DNA of 64,000 bases. Origin: a bacterium. Its GTDB lineage: Bacteria > Bdellovibrionota_C > UBA2361 > CALJRW01. Shown piece after piece: positions 1 to 9,380 of this stretch. Position 1 is the first letter of the stretch. Every line of letters begins with the position of its first letter. The stretch is from NCBI GenBank assembly GCA_031385045.1, contig JANNBC010000024.1:32001-96000 (forward strand), given 5' to 3'. The notes under the pieces were generated by a model. The model was given only the letters and a program-made list of their open reading frames with translations, made no database searches and was not told the origin of the DNA. Position numbers and translations under genes: made by a program.

Positions 1-56
1 CTCTTTGCGAGCGATAAAGCGCAGCAATTCTTTTTAAAGTAATTCGAGAAGCGTGG

Positions 57-1697
57 ATGAAACTAAAGGTTACTATTGCTCAAATAACTAGTGACCCAGC
101 CTGTTTCGAAGAAAACTTTCATAAAATTTCCAATGCCTTAAACATTGCTAGGAATGATGGAGCGCAACTAGTCGTTTTTCCAGAACTAGCACTTTGTGGT
201 TATGCCCATTTAGATTTAGCTAAGCGTGATAGTTTTTTAAAAGCAAATCAAGAGTACCTCAAAAGATTATTACCTTTAACTAAAGGCTTAGCTGTAATTA
301 TTGGTTTTGTAGAGGCAGATTTTAAAAATCTACAAGCCGAAGGCAAGCCTATTCTTTATAATTCTGCGGCAGTGATTGAAAATGGATCTTTGCAATCCAT
401 TGTGCGCAAACAGCTATTACCAACTTACGATATCTTTTTTGAGGAACGTTATTTTCGTGCCGGTGGAACATCTAGTGTCACCCAGATAGCAGGTGTAAAA
501 GTTGGAATTGGTATTTGTGAGGATCTTTGGGATGAGGGATACAATCGTCAAATTTATGAAAAATTAATCCTGGAAGGTGCGGAGTTGCTAGTAAATATTT
601 CTGCCTCTCCCTTTCAGCCTGCTAAGCTCAGTAAGCGATTAAGTCTAGTAAATCAACTGGGAACAATACCTTTTGTTTATACTAACTTAGTAGGTTCTTT
701 TGATGGCTATGACGGAGAAGTTGTTTTTGATGGGCAAAGTTTTGTAAGCGGGGCAGATGGAAAGTTATTTTATTTAGCGCCTGCTTGTCAGGAAAAGATT
801 GGGACTGTGGATTTGTCTTTGTCTGAAAGTGTTTTTTTTCAGTTAGAAAATCCTTTAAAAGAAATTCATCAAGCATTAATTTTAGGGATTAAGGAATATT
901 TTCGTCGCTCAGGATTAAAGCATGCCTATATTGGATTAAGTGGTGGAATTGATTCCGCACTGACTGCTGCGTTAGCAGTTCAAGCACTTGGAGCAGGTAA
1001 TGTTAAAGGGGTAACAATGCCATCTGAGATAACATCTTTGGAAACAAAGTCTGATGCCCACTTGGTAGCCAATAATCTTGGAATTCAAATTGAGGAGCGT
1101 CCGATTAAAGCTCTTTACCAAGCTTGGTTAGATGAATTTAGATTGACTCAAGGCTTTGAACCAGAGCGTTTAACTAAGCAAAACGTTCAAGCTAGATTCC
1201 GTGGAATGATTTTGATGGAATATACTAATCAAGATCGAGCGGGATTAGTTTTAAGCACTGGAAATAAAACAGAATTAGCACTGGGATATTGCACAATGTA
1301 TGGCGATATGTGTGGTGGTTTGGCAGTTATAGCAGATTTGAGCAAGCTAAAGGTTTATCAGTTAGCTGATTATATTAATCAGACGAGTGGCCAAGAGTTA
1401 ATTCCTCAAACAACAATTGATCGAGCGCCAACTGCTGAATTAGAATTAGACCAAAAAGATTCTGATAATTTACCGGCTGATTATAATATTTTATCACCGC
1501 TAGTCGATGATTTAGTTGATCATGAACTATCACTTGAGGAGTTAGAGTTAAAGTATAATCCACAAACTATTCGGGAGACTGCTAGGCTTTTAAAAATTAA
1601 TGAATTTAAACGTCGCCAAGCAGCACCTGGAATTCGTGTCACAGGTAAAGCCTTTGGTGTTGGAAGACGAATTCCAATTAGTCATGGGTCTTATTAA
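57..1697 (+). CDS. nadE: Glutamine-dependent NAD+ synthetase
   Basis: Nitrilase-like N-domain with E-K-C triad (VFPEL, RKQLLP, ICEDLW) and synthetase domain (GLSGGIDS, NVQARFRG, STGNKTE, EFKRRQAAPG). Confidence 0.96.
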   Translation: MKLKVTIAQITSDPACFEENFHKISNALNIARNDGAQLVVFPELALCGYAHLDLAKRDSFLKANQEYLKRLLPLTKGLAVIIGFVEADFKNLQAEGKPILYNSAAVIENGSLQSIVRKQLLPTYDIFFEERYFRAGGTSSVTQIAGVKVGIGICEDLWDEGYNRQIYEKLILEGAELLVNISASPFQPAKLSKRLSLVNQLGTIPFVYTNLVGSFDGYDGEVVFDGQSFVSGADGKLFYLAPACQEKIGTVDLSLSESVFFQLENPLKEIHQALILGIKEYFRRSGLKHAYIGLSGGIDSALTAALAVQALGAGNVKGVTMPSEITSLETKSDAHLVANNLGIQIEERPIKALYQAWLDEFRLTQGFEPERLTKQNVQARFRGMILMEYTNQDRAGLVLSTGNKTELALGYCTMYGDMCGGLAVIADLSKLKVYQLADYINQTSGQELIPQTTIDRAPTAELELDQKDSDNLPADYNILSPLVDDLVDHELSLEELELKYNPQTIRETARLLKINEFKRRQAAPGIRVTGKAFGVGRRIPISHGSY

Positions 1698-1772
1698 TTC
1701 TACCCTTTTGGGACACAACAGACAGAGACTATTATCGGCAATAATGCTGGGTGTTCCAAAAGGGTAGAATTA
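1695..1772. repeat. 78-bp palindromic element with 22-bp inverted repeats (bidirectional terminator or MITE-like)
   Basis: TAATTCTACCCTTTTGGGACAC (1695-1716) and GTGTTCCAAAAGGGTAGAATTA (1751-1772), 21/22 complementary; each arm contains the stop codon of one of the two convergent genes. Confidence 0.8.
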
Positions 1773-3884
1773 TTCGTAGAACCCAATCCCCTTTTCAGCT
1801 CTTGTCAGAATTCCAGTTACTGGACGAAAACGAGCATCTATTTGTCGCTCCAAGGTTTGCATCATGTGTACTAGTTTTGCTGGTCCTACGTTGTTGGCAT
1901 AATATATTACGCCACCTCGGAACGCAGGAAATCCAGTTCCCATGACTGTTCCTAAATCAATTTGTCTGGCAGCGTCACGACCAGGAATTCCGGCGACACC
2001 TTCATCTAAGCAAAGCACTGCTTCATTGATTAAGCTAAGTATTAAGCGATCTTGGATCTGTTGCAGATCAGCAGATTTTTTATTTTTAATCTCTAAAATT
2101 TCATAAACTTTAGGATCAATCGTCGGCTTTTTATTTTGATAATTATAAAAACCAAAGGAGTTTTTCTTCCCTAAGCGATTGATTAATAGCATTTTCTCAA
2201 TATGATTTGGAGCAATCATTCTTTTGCCATAACCATTAATCATTGTCTTGCAGACATGACTAGCAACATCAAGCCCAATTTGATCTAATAATCTAATTGG
2301 CCCCATTGGTAATCCAAAATTTAGTGCCGCTTGATCGATGTCTTCAATGGCATAACCTTCTTGAAGTAAGAAGGCTGCTTCGTTGAGATAAGTTGTGAGA
2401 ATTCGATTAACAAGAAATCCCGGTACATCGGCTACGACAATTGGAAATTTACCAATTTTGGTAGCAAGTGCGGCAACTAAACAAATTGTTTGGTCACTAG
2501 TATGCTCCCCGCGGATAATTTCTACTAAAGGTAATTGTGGAACTGGATTGAAAAAATGCATTCCTACGACGCGCTCTGGGTTAGTTATCTTATGCGCAAT
2601 TTTTGAAATTGAGAGGGAAGATGTGTTTGAAGCAATGATTGCTTCGGGATCGATTAATTCAGAAACATCTTCTAATATTTTTGATTTTAGTTCCAAATTT
2701 TCAAAAATTGCTTCAACTACAAAGTTTACTGAAGCAATATCATTGGTATACTCAGTGACAGCTTTAACTTTTTGGATGATTTTTATTTGGTCCTGTTCTG
2801 TCAAAGATTGACGATAGCTTAGGTTTTTCTTAATTGTCTCTAGGCCAGCAGCAACAGCTTCAGGCTTAGTATCTTTAAGAATTACTGGATAGTCATTTCG
2901 AGCTAATTCCCCAGCAATTCCAGCACCCATGATTCCTGATCCAATCACTAAAGTATTTAGGTTTTTGATATGCTCTTTTGCAGATTTGCCAATTCCTTTG
3001 GCATTCTCTGATAGAAAAAATAAGTTTGTTAGAGCTTTACATTCCGGAGTTACAATTAATTCTCCTAGACTACGAGCCTCAAAGATTAAGCCTTTTACTT
3101 GACCTTCAGCTAAACCGTAGAGAACGCATTCAAGAGCTTTTAAGGGAGCAGGGTAGTGACCATTTGTCTTTTTAAGTAAATCCTTACGAGCGATGTTAGC
3201 TACTATATTTCTCAGAAATGATATCTTGGTAATTAACTGATCCTTCAAGCTCATTCTAGCTGGAGTTGGCTCATTATTATTAAGCAGGCTTTCCGCTTTA
3301 GAAATAAGATCTTTATATGGTACCACAGCATCAACTAGACCAACTTTCTTAGCCTTCCAAGCACGGAGTACATTTCCTGATAGGATTATCTTTAAAGACT
3401 CAGTGAGACCAATTAGTCGGGGTAATCTTTGCGTCCCTCCAAATCCTGGTAAAATACCAATCTTTACCTCTGGTAAACCAATGGAGCTTTTATCATTGTC
3501 TGATATTATACGATAAGAGCAAGAAATTGCTAATTCACAGGCACCTCCAACGCAAGGGCCACTGATGGCTGCAACAGTTTTGATTGGCAGGTTTTCAATT
3601 AAATTAAATACATCCTGTCCTTTTTTTGCTAAAGCTTCTCCTTCGTCCGCATCGGCGATTGCTTGAATCACATTGATATCTGCACCAGCAGAAAACATAC
3701 TTTCAGAATTGCCAGCAATGATTAAACCCTTTGGTAAATCTTTAGCGATTGTAATTAATGTTTTTTCTAATTCTTCTAATCTAGCTCGACTAAGAATAAT
3801 TACTTTTTCATCTGGGGTTCCAAGTCGAATCAGACCTATTCCCGACGCTAGTTTTTCATAAGAAATAAAATTGGAAATTGTCAT
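1770..3884 (-). CDS. fadJ: Fatty acid oxidation multifunctional enzyme alpha subunit (enoyl-CoA hydratase / 3-hydroxyacyl-CoA dehydrogenase), FadJ/FadB family
   Basis: AGADI, GGACELA, GLPEVKIGILPGFGGTQRLPRLIG, GSGIMGAGIA, NTSSL, GMHFFNP, PGFLVNRIL. Start set at ATG 3884; the track extends to 3974. Confidence 0.9.
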   Translation of the reverse strand: MTISNFISYEKLASGIGLIRLGTPDEKVIILSRARLEELEKTLITIAKDLPKGLIIAGNSESMFSAGADINVIQAIADADEGEALAKKGQDVFNLIENLPIKTVAAISGPCVGGACELAISCSYRIISDNDKSSIGLPEVKIGILPGFGGTQRLPRLIGLTESLKIILSGNVLRAWKAKKVGLVDAVVPYKDLISKAESLLNNNEPTPARMSLKDQLITKISFLRNIVANIARKDLLKKTNGHYPAPLKALECVLYGLAEGQVKGLIFEARSLGELIVTPECKALTNLFFLSENAKGIGKSAKEHIKNLNTLVIGSGIMGAGIAGELARNDYPVILKDTKPEAVAAGLETIKKNLSYRQSLTEQDQIKIIQKVKAVTEYTNDIASVNFVVEAIFENLELKSKILEDVSELIDPEAIIASNTSSLSISKIAHKITNPERVVGMHFFNPVPQLPLVEIIRGEHTSDQTICLVAALATKIGKFPIVVADVPGFLVNRILTTYLNEAAFLLQEGYAIEDIDQAALNFGLPMGPIRLLDQIGLDVASHVCKTMINGYGKRMIAPNHIEKMLLINRLGKKNSFGFYNYQNKKPTIDPKVYEILEIKNKKSADLQQIQDRLILSLINEAVLCLDEGVAGIPGRDAARQIDLGTVMGTGFPAFRGGVIYYANNVGPAKLVHMMQTLERQIDARFRPVTGILTRAEKGIGFYE

Positions 3885-4217
3885 ATGATTTGAAGCAATT
3901 ACTATAATGAAAATACTTGGCCAGCTAGAAATATTTTTTAGAGATTCCTTGGCTGATAAGCAATAATTCAACAATAGCGTATAAAGTTTGGATTAATAAG
4001 ATGAAAAATCACATTTTATTGTAAATTATTGCTTATTGGCCTGCAAATCTGATGATAATTAGTAGCTATTTTCTTCAATTAATTAAGTAAAACCTTAGTT
4101 AGAAAATTCTTTATTAAAGGAAGAAACAACAGGCCAAGTTTGCTATTATATACCCTTGATTTTAATAGACTTTTTAATTAATCAGGGGATTATTTGCTAC
4201 TGATGATTGCAGGAGTA

Positions 4218-5231
4218 TTAATTGGATTTCTTAATTGTAATATAAAACAACGAGTGATCGCTTGCTATAAGATCCCTAGCTAACATTTTTGCTGAGATTT
4301 TATAATTATTTTTTTGCAGTGTTTCTAGGCTTTTCTTGGCAATCAAGATCTCGTCGATTCTAGTAAAGTTTTTAATTATTTTTTCGTTTGGGTAAAGAGT
4401 CTTGCCTGCCTGCTCTAGCAAACTAATATATTTTGGTTTAGTTGGAAGTTTAGTGTTGCAATCGGCAGTTAGATCCTTGGAGAGTTGGCAGATCTGCTGT
4501 TTAAAATGACTTAAGTCTATTTCTCCAGCCAAAGTTCTAGCACTAGCTGATTCATAAGTACTATTTCGATCTCCAAGTAAGAACATTAAATTTTCAGGAA
4601 GCTCTTTTTGAATATTATTTGCAATATCATGGAGTCCTTGTGCCATTTGTAATCGGTCATATTCAAATTGAAATTTAGTACTGTCAAAACTATGAAACGC
4701 AGCCTTTGATTTAAAATGAAAATTAATCAAAGTTAACTTCTGTCCAGTTTTAATCTCCCTTAAGTCAATTCTTAATGGGCCACGCGAAAAGTAGCGATTT
4801 TTTTCCCAACGAGTGAGTGGTTTTAATAAGTAATCACTATAGGATTCTGCGTATTCTAATCGAAAAAGATCCTGACGCAAAATGTATCCTTGCTTCGAGA
4901 AAGGATCGTTTGATTGTCCGCTGACAACTAAATATTTCTTATGCGTTAGTTTACTAAGTTCAGATGCTAGACTTTCCAGAACCTTGATTGCATCTTCCGG
5001 AGTGCTTGAAATAACTTCTTGAGTAGCAATTAGATCGCACTTAGCTTGATAAAAACTTTTAGTGAGTGCCGCTTTTTGTTTTAATAATTCCTTTTTAGAT
5101 TTATTAGTACGTTTAATAACGACTTCATGATCTCCAAAATTTCCCAGATTTTGTGTACAAATTCTAATTTCAGCAATTGCTGGGAAGGCAAAAAGTATAA
5201 TGAATAAGTAGTAGATGGCTTGATGCATCAA
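4218..5231 (-). CDS. Endonuclease/exonuclease/phosphatase (EEP) family protein with predicted signal peptide
   Basis: TQNLGNF, DLIATQEV, FSRGPL, NFHFKSK, LLGDRN, RIDEIL, ASDHS; hydrophobic N-terminus ending A-I-A; 4-bp overlap with the upstream gene. Confidence 0.85.
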   Translation of the reverse strand: MMHQAIYYLFIILFAFPAIAEIRICTQNLGNFGDHEVVIKRTNKSKKELLKQKAALTKSFYQAKCDLIATQEVISSTPEDAIKVLESLASELSKLTHKKYLVVSGQSNDPFSKQGYILRQDLFRLEYAESYSDYLLKPLTRWEKNRYFSRGPLRIDLREIKTGQKLTLINFHFKSKAAFHSFDSTKFQFEYDRLQMAQGLHDIANNIQKELPENLMFLLGDRNSTYESASARTLAGEIDLSHFKQQICQLSKDLTADCNTKLPTKPKYISLLEQAGKTLYPNEKIIKNFTRIDEILIAKKSLETLQKNNYKISAKMLARDLIASDHSLFYITIKKSN

Positions 5232-5842
5232 GCAGCCTTAAACTTTGTGCGTGTAACTATTCGTTCTAAAGATCTGAGGTAGATATCAACGGGAGTCTCG
5301 CTAGCCAATGCTGATTTAACTCTACTAATTGCTAGTGAGCCAATAAGGATAGCATCTACAATGTCTTGATGCTTTTTTAAATTTTCCGTTGAGCAACTAA
5401 ATCCAATTCGATCTAAGTTTTTCTTTTGAGTTCTTTCCACAATGCCCACTGCCAACTCTTTAACGATTGCTCTCTCTAGTTGTCGGCCACGAAGTCCTAA
5501 GATCTCATATTGAATTGTTCTTGGATTAATTCTTCCTGGGACTTGAATGTTCTGTTCTCTTGCTAGGGCTTCAAAGATGCAACGAACTTGCTCCACTTTA
5601 AATGCCGCAGAAGGATCTTTCATTGAGGTCGGCGATTCACAGATTAGGATGTCATCTTTCGTTAGTTTGATTTCAGACAAGAAACTTTTAATTTGACTCT
5701 GTAGGTTATCTAGCCGATTGGCTAAAGTGTATGTAGGGGGAAGAGGTTTAATCTTTCCCACCCCTAGTAAGCGTTCTGACTGGACATCAAATAATGCCCA
5801 GCCAGTACATGTAATGCTTGGATCGATTGCAACTAAACGCAA
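5228..5842 (-). CDS. RuvC-fold (RNase H-like) Holliday junction resolvase-like nuclease
   Basis: N-terminal AIDPSITCTGWA, ICESP and C-terminal DIVDAILIG supply the RuvC D-E-D-D acidic set; TTG start preceded by AGAGGA. Confidence 0.75.
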   Translation of the reverse strand: MRLVAIDPSITCTGWALFDVQSERLLGVGKIKPLPPTYTLANRLDNLQSQIKSFLSEIKLTKDDILICESPTSMKDPSAAFKVEQVRCIFEALAREQNIQVPGRINPRTIQYEILGLRGRQLERAIVKELAVGIVERTQKKNLDRIGFSCSTENLKKHQDIVDAILIGSLAISRVKSALASETPVDIYLRSLERIVTRTKFKAA

Positions 5843-5853
5843 ATTATTTTCCT

Positions 5854-6945
5854 CTAAGCAACTTTTTTAGAAGTTTTCTTATTTTTTACGCCTGTTTCAT
5901 CTTCCTTGTCAGACATTTCAGAATTTTCAATCAAGTTGAATTCCACTTTTTTTTCAATTGTGACATCCAAGCTATCCATGATTAACTTTTTCATCTCTTG
6001 AGTTAATTCTGGATTTTGAGTTAAATAATCCTTCGCTCCTTCGCGACCTTGTCCTAGGCGTTCTCCTTTGTACGAGTACCAAGCCCCTGACTTATCAATC
6101 ACTCCTTGCGTTACTCCTAAATCAAGAATTTCTCCAACTTGATTAATACCTTCATTGAAAATGATATCAAATTCAGCTTCTCTAAAAGGTGGAGCAACTT
6201 TATTTTTAACAACCTTCACACGAGTCCGGCTTCCGCTTACTACATCATTTTCTTTAATTGATGCTGTACGACGAATGTCCATCCGAATACTACTGTAAAA
6301 CTTTAAAGCATTACCACCAGCAGTTGTTTCTGGAGAACCAAACATCACCCCAATTTTCATTCTAATTTGGTTAATAAATAGAATTGAACAATTAGCTCGG
6401 TGAGTATGGGCAGTTAATTTTCGTAAAGCCTTACTCATTAAGCGTGCTTGCATCCCCGGTTGCATGTCCGTCATCTCACCATCAATTTCAGCTCGTGGAG
6501 TTAATGCAGCAACAGAATCAATGATTACAAATTGAACTGCCCCAGACAAAATTAATGCTTCGCAAATTTCTAATGCCTGCTCTCCGCAATCTGGCTGACT
6601 GACTAGTAGTTTAGAAGTATCTACACCAAGTTTTTTTGCATAACCCACATCCAGTGCATGTTCAGCATCAATAAAAACTACCGTACCACCTGTCTTTTGT
6701 ACCTCTGCGGCAATGTGTAGTGCTAGTGTAGTTTTACCAGAAGATTCAGGGCCATAAATTTCGCAAATTCTTCCTTTAGGAATACCGCCGATGCCTAAGG
6801 CGATGTCTAATCCTAAGCTACCCGTGGAATAGGATTCGATTTTCTCATGAGGCTTGTCACCTAAGTTCATAATTGTGCCTTTGCCATATCTTTTTTCAAG
6901 TTGGCTAATGGCCGTTTCTAATTCTCTTGTTTTGTTCTCTGTCAT
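5854..6945 (-). CDS. recA: Recombinase RecA
   Basis: [49 protein letters not shown]. Confidence 0.99.
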   Translation of the reverse strand: MTENKTRELETAISQLEKRYGKGTIMNLGDKPHEKIESYSTGSLGLDIALGIGGIPKGRICEIYGPESSGKTTLALHIAAEVQKTGGTVVFIDAEHALDVGYAKKLGVDTSKLLVSQPDCGEQALEICEALILSGAVQFVIIDSVAALTPRAEIDGEMTDMQPGMQARLMSKALRKLTAHTHRANCSILFINQIRMKIGVMFGSPETTAGGNALKFYSSIRMDIRRTASIKENDVVSGSRTRVKVVKNKVAPPFREAEFDIIFNEGINQVGEILDLGVTQGVIDKSGAWYSYKGERLGQGREGAKDYLTQNPELTQEMKKLIMDSLDVTIEKKVEFNLIENSEMSDKEDETGVKNKKTSKKVA

Positions 6946-6977
6946 GTTTATTTCCTTTTACAAAAAATTTTTAGTTA

Positions 6978-7604
6978 TTAATGAAGTTCTCTCATTATTC
7001 CAATTACTCGTCCTTGGACAGTTACACTATCTAAAGTGATCGGTTGTAGTGCGGGGTTAGCCGGGATTAACATTACTTGCCCGCTCTTTAATCGGCGATA
7101 TTTTTTTAAAGTTGCTGTCCCATCATCTAAAAGTGCTACTACAATCTGCCCGTTCTCTGCCGTGTCTTGTTTACGAATAACAACAATATCACCATCGCAA
7201 ATATGTTCATCGATCATTGATTCTCCGCTGACTTCTAGGCAATAGATTTCTCCTTTGCCATTAATCATACTTGGTGGAATATCAATCATTGTTTGTTGTT
7301 CTATGGCTTCGATTGGTCGACCAGCCGCAATGACTCCTGCTAGTGGAACCGCTGTTGGGCTCATCTCTGGGGAATCACAATCCATTAATTCCATTGCTCC
7401 GTCTTCACCTCTTTGAATGAAGCCTTTGCTTTCTAGTCTTTCTAAGTGAAAGTGGGCAGTGGATGGTGATTTAACACCAATCGAGTTGCAGATATCTTTT
7501 AAGGTTGGAGCAAAGCCATGCTCTGCCATGAAATTTCTTAAGAATTCCAATGTTTTGCGCTGAACTGGTGCTAGGCTACTCGTTTTGTGGGAGTTTGAGC
7601 TCAT
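6978..7604 (-). CDS. lexA: SOS repressor LexA
   Basis: Winged HTH (GFAPTLKDI...HLERLESKGFI), Ala-Gly cleavage site (IAAGRP), catalytic Ser (GESM) and Lys (ATLKK). Confidence 0.97.
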   Translation of the reverse strand: MSSNSHKTSSLAPVQRKTLEFLRNFMAEHGFAPTLKDICNSIGVKSPSTAHFHLERLESKGFIQRGEDGAMELMDCDSPEMSPTAVPLAGVIAAGRPIEAIEQQTMIDIPPSMINGKGEIYCLEVSGESMIDEHICDGDIVVIRKQDTAENGQIVVALLDDGTATLKKYRRLKSGQVMLIPANPALQPITLDSVTVQGRVIGIMRELH

Positions 7605-7629
7605 ATTTTTGAATATCTTAAAAATCTAT

Positions 7630-7681
7630 TAGGATTTTCTTATATCCAAAAATACTAGAAACCGTCAATAGGATATTTCTA
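7630..7681 (-). promoter_or_regulatory. sigma70-type promoter of the lexA operon flanked by two candidate LexA boxes
   Basis: Minus strand TTGACG (7663-7668), 18 bp, TATAAG (7639-7644); boxes TAGGATTTTCTTA (7630-7642) and TAGGATATTTCTA (7669-7681). Confidence 0.6.
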
Positions 7682-7736
7682 TAATCTGATATATTTTTTA
7701 TAAAAAATATTTTTATAGATTTTATTGTCTGTAATT

Positions 7737-8192
7737 TTAGTTACTTGTGCTAGTTGGATAAGTTCGTCTAGGTTCCTCTGGGTCTTCGTCTTTCCAAACC
7801 ATTGCTAAGAATTCGGCAGTAGGTGGCACATGTTTAGGTGGTGAAGGGATGATTTCAGGGAAATTTTTAAGAACGGTAGCAAGGCTTAATAATGCTTTAC
7901 AAGTCGCCGTGTAGGAGTGGGGTGTTCCTGCATTTTGGGTGGTAAAAGTTTTGTAGCTGAAGGTATTATGTCTTAAAGGGTTAGTTGTATCTATAATTTC
8001 TTTTACTACTTCCTTTTCCCCATCATGTTCCACCCGTTTTTCAATGCCTACTTGATGGTTGGTTTGGCATCGACCATTAACCACATTAATTGATAGATTT
8101 TGGCCGTCAACTGACCGATAGATTGTAACTTCTTTTCCTTGGATTGTGGCTTTATGAGCAAGCCCATCATAGGAGGGAGCATTAAAAATCAT
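7737..8192 (-). CDS. Hypothetical protein
   Basis: 151-aa ATG ORF filling an intergenic gap; no motif recognised. Confidence 0.55.
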   Translation of the reverse strand: MIFNAPSYDGLAHKATIQGKEVTIYRSVDGQNLSINVVNGRCQTNHQVGIEKRVEHDGEKEVVKEIIDTTNPLRHNTFSYKTFTTQNAGTPHSYTATCKALLSLATVLKNFPEIIPSPPKHVPPTAEFLAMVWKDEDPEEPRRTYPTSTSN

Positions 8193-8335
8193 AATATTAA
8201 TAGCGAATGTCTAGAACTTTTAGAATAATATCAAAAATCAAGTGCTAAGCAATTTTTAAAAATAATTTTGAAATTTTACTTAAAAATTTCGGTATTAACT
8301 ATAGATCTAGCTTGTGTATGATAGGAAAGTGGGAG

Positions 8336-8362
8336 GTAGAGACCCTATCTTAGGGCCTCTAC
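8336..8362 (-). terminator. Hairpin downstream of the 8369-9157 gene, possible terminator
   Basis: GTAGAG-A-CCCTA TCT TAGGG-C-CTCTAC stem-loop 6 nt after the stop codon; no immediate U-tract. Confidence 0.45.
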
Positions 8363-8368
8363 TTAAGA

Positions 8369-9157
8369 TTATTCACAAAAGTTTTCAGGTGAAATTTTAT
8401 GACCTATTCCAGCATATTCCAGGCGGCAGTTATGTTCACCACAGGTAGCTTCGCGAACTAATGACCCGTGATTAAAGTGGCCACCATCTAATCCTGAAAT
8501 AATTAGAGTACTAGTAACTTCAGAGACGCCAAAATCAGGACATTCAAAGTCATTTGTTCTGATTGCATATATTGTTTCAGAATCAAGATTTAGATAACCT
8601 TCTAGTTCCTCATGGCAGGTTGGGGCAGTAAATCCACCGATAGTAATAAGATTATTCTCGGGATTGTGATTAATGCCGATTGAGAAGCGCCCTTGTTCAA
8701 CTCCCAATCTAGATCTTAAATTACAATTATCAGAAACTAATTCCCATTCACCAAACCATGTCCCTGATAAACCTGATTCCTGATCGTCCGTAACCCCATC
8801 ATCATCACTATCTGAGTCTGTTGGGTCTTGACCATCAATAATCTCAACCCCATCATCTATTCCATCCTGATCTGAGTCAGGCTCACAGAGGCCTGTATTA
8901 GATTCATAAATATCAGGAAGTGAATCTTCATCAGAATCTTGCAGGGACGCAGATCTTTTTTCTAAAACTTTTTGAGTTTCAAGTAATGTTAATTTTCCAA
9001 ATAGTGTCTTAAGACGAGCTTGAAGACGGTTAATTTGTTTATCTATTTTGATAACAGCCGCTACTTTACTAACTTTCCCAGTTTGATTTTCTGCTGAGAC
9101 ATGGAGTGCGAAAAGTAAGCATAGTAGGATTATCAAGATTTTATGATGTATTTTCAT
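8369..9157 (-). CDS. Secreted protein with acidic DxDxDG (thrombospondin type 3-like) calcium-binding repeats and a Cys-containing beta-rich C-terminal domain
   Basis: Signal peptide (ALHVSA), coiled segment, repeats DSDEDSLPD, DSDQDGIDDGVE, DSDDDGVTD. Confidence 0.7.
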   Translation of the reverse strand: MKIHHKILIILLCLLFALHVSAENQTGKVSKVAAVIKIDKQINRLQARLKTLFGKLTLLETQKVLEKRSASLQDSDEDSLPDIYESNTGLCEPDSDQDGIDDGVEIIDGQDPTDSDSDDDGVTDDQESGLSGTWFGEWELVSDNCNLRSRLGVEQGRFSIGINHNPENNLITIGGFTAPTCHEELEGYLNLDSETIYAIRTNDFECPDFGVSEVTSTLIISGLDGGHFNHGSLVREATCGEHNCRLEYAGIGHKISPENFCE

Positions 9158-9380
9158 GATTTTTTATAAACAAAGTTCACTAATCTTTCGGCACGAAGTA
9201 ATGCATACTTTAATCTATGATGAGAAGCTTGATATTTGAGTTTTGGATATCAGGAAATAATTATAAATAAGTACATAAAACTAATTTTTAGAGATATCAT
9301 TCTGAGAAATGGAGTAACTTATTTACCAGTATGGCTCAAAACTATGGTGAAACTTAGCTAGATTAGCTATATTTACGTAA

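Noticed and set aside
5228..5842. TnpB/IscB/Cas12-like RNA-guided nuclease
   Set aside because: Only 204 aa, RuvC motif I at the extreme N-terminus, no zinc ribbon, HNH or recognition lobe, and no room for a guide RNA between the tightly packed neighbours
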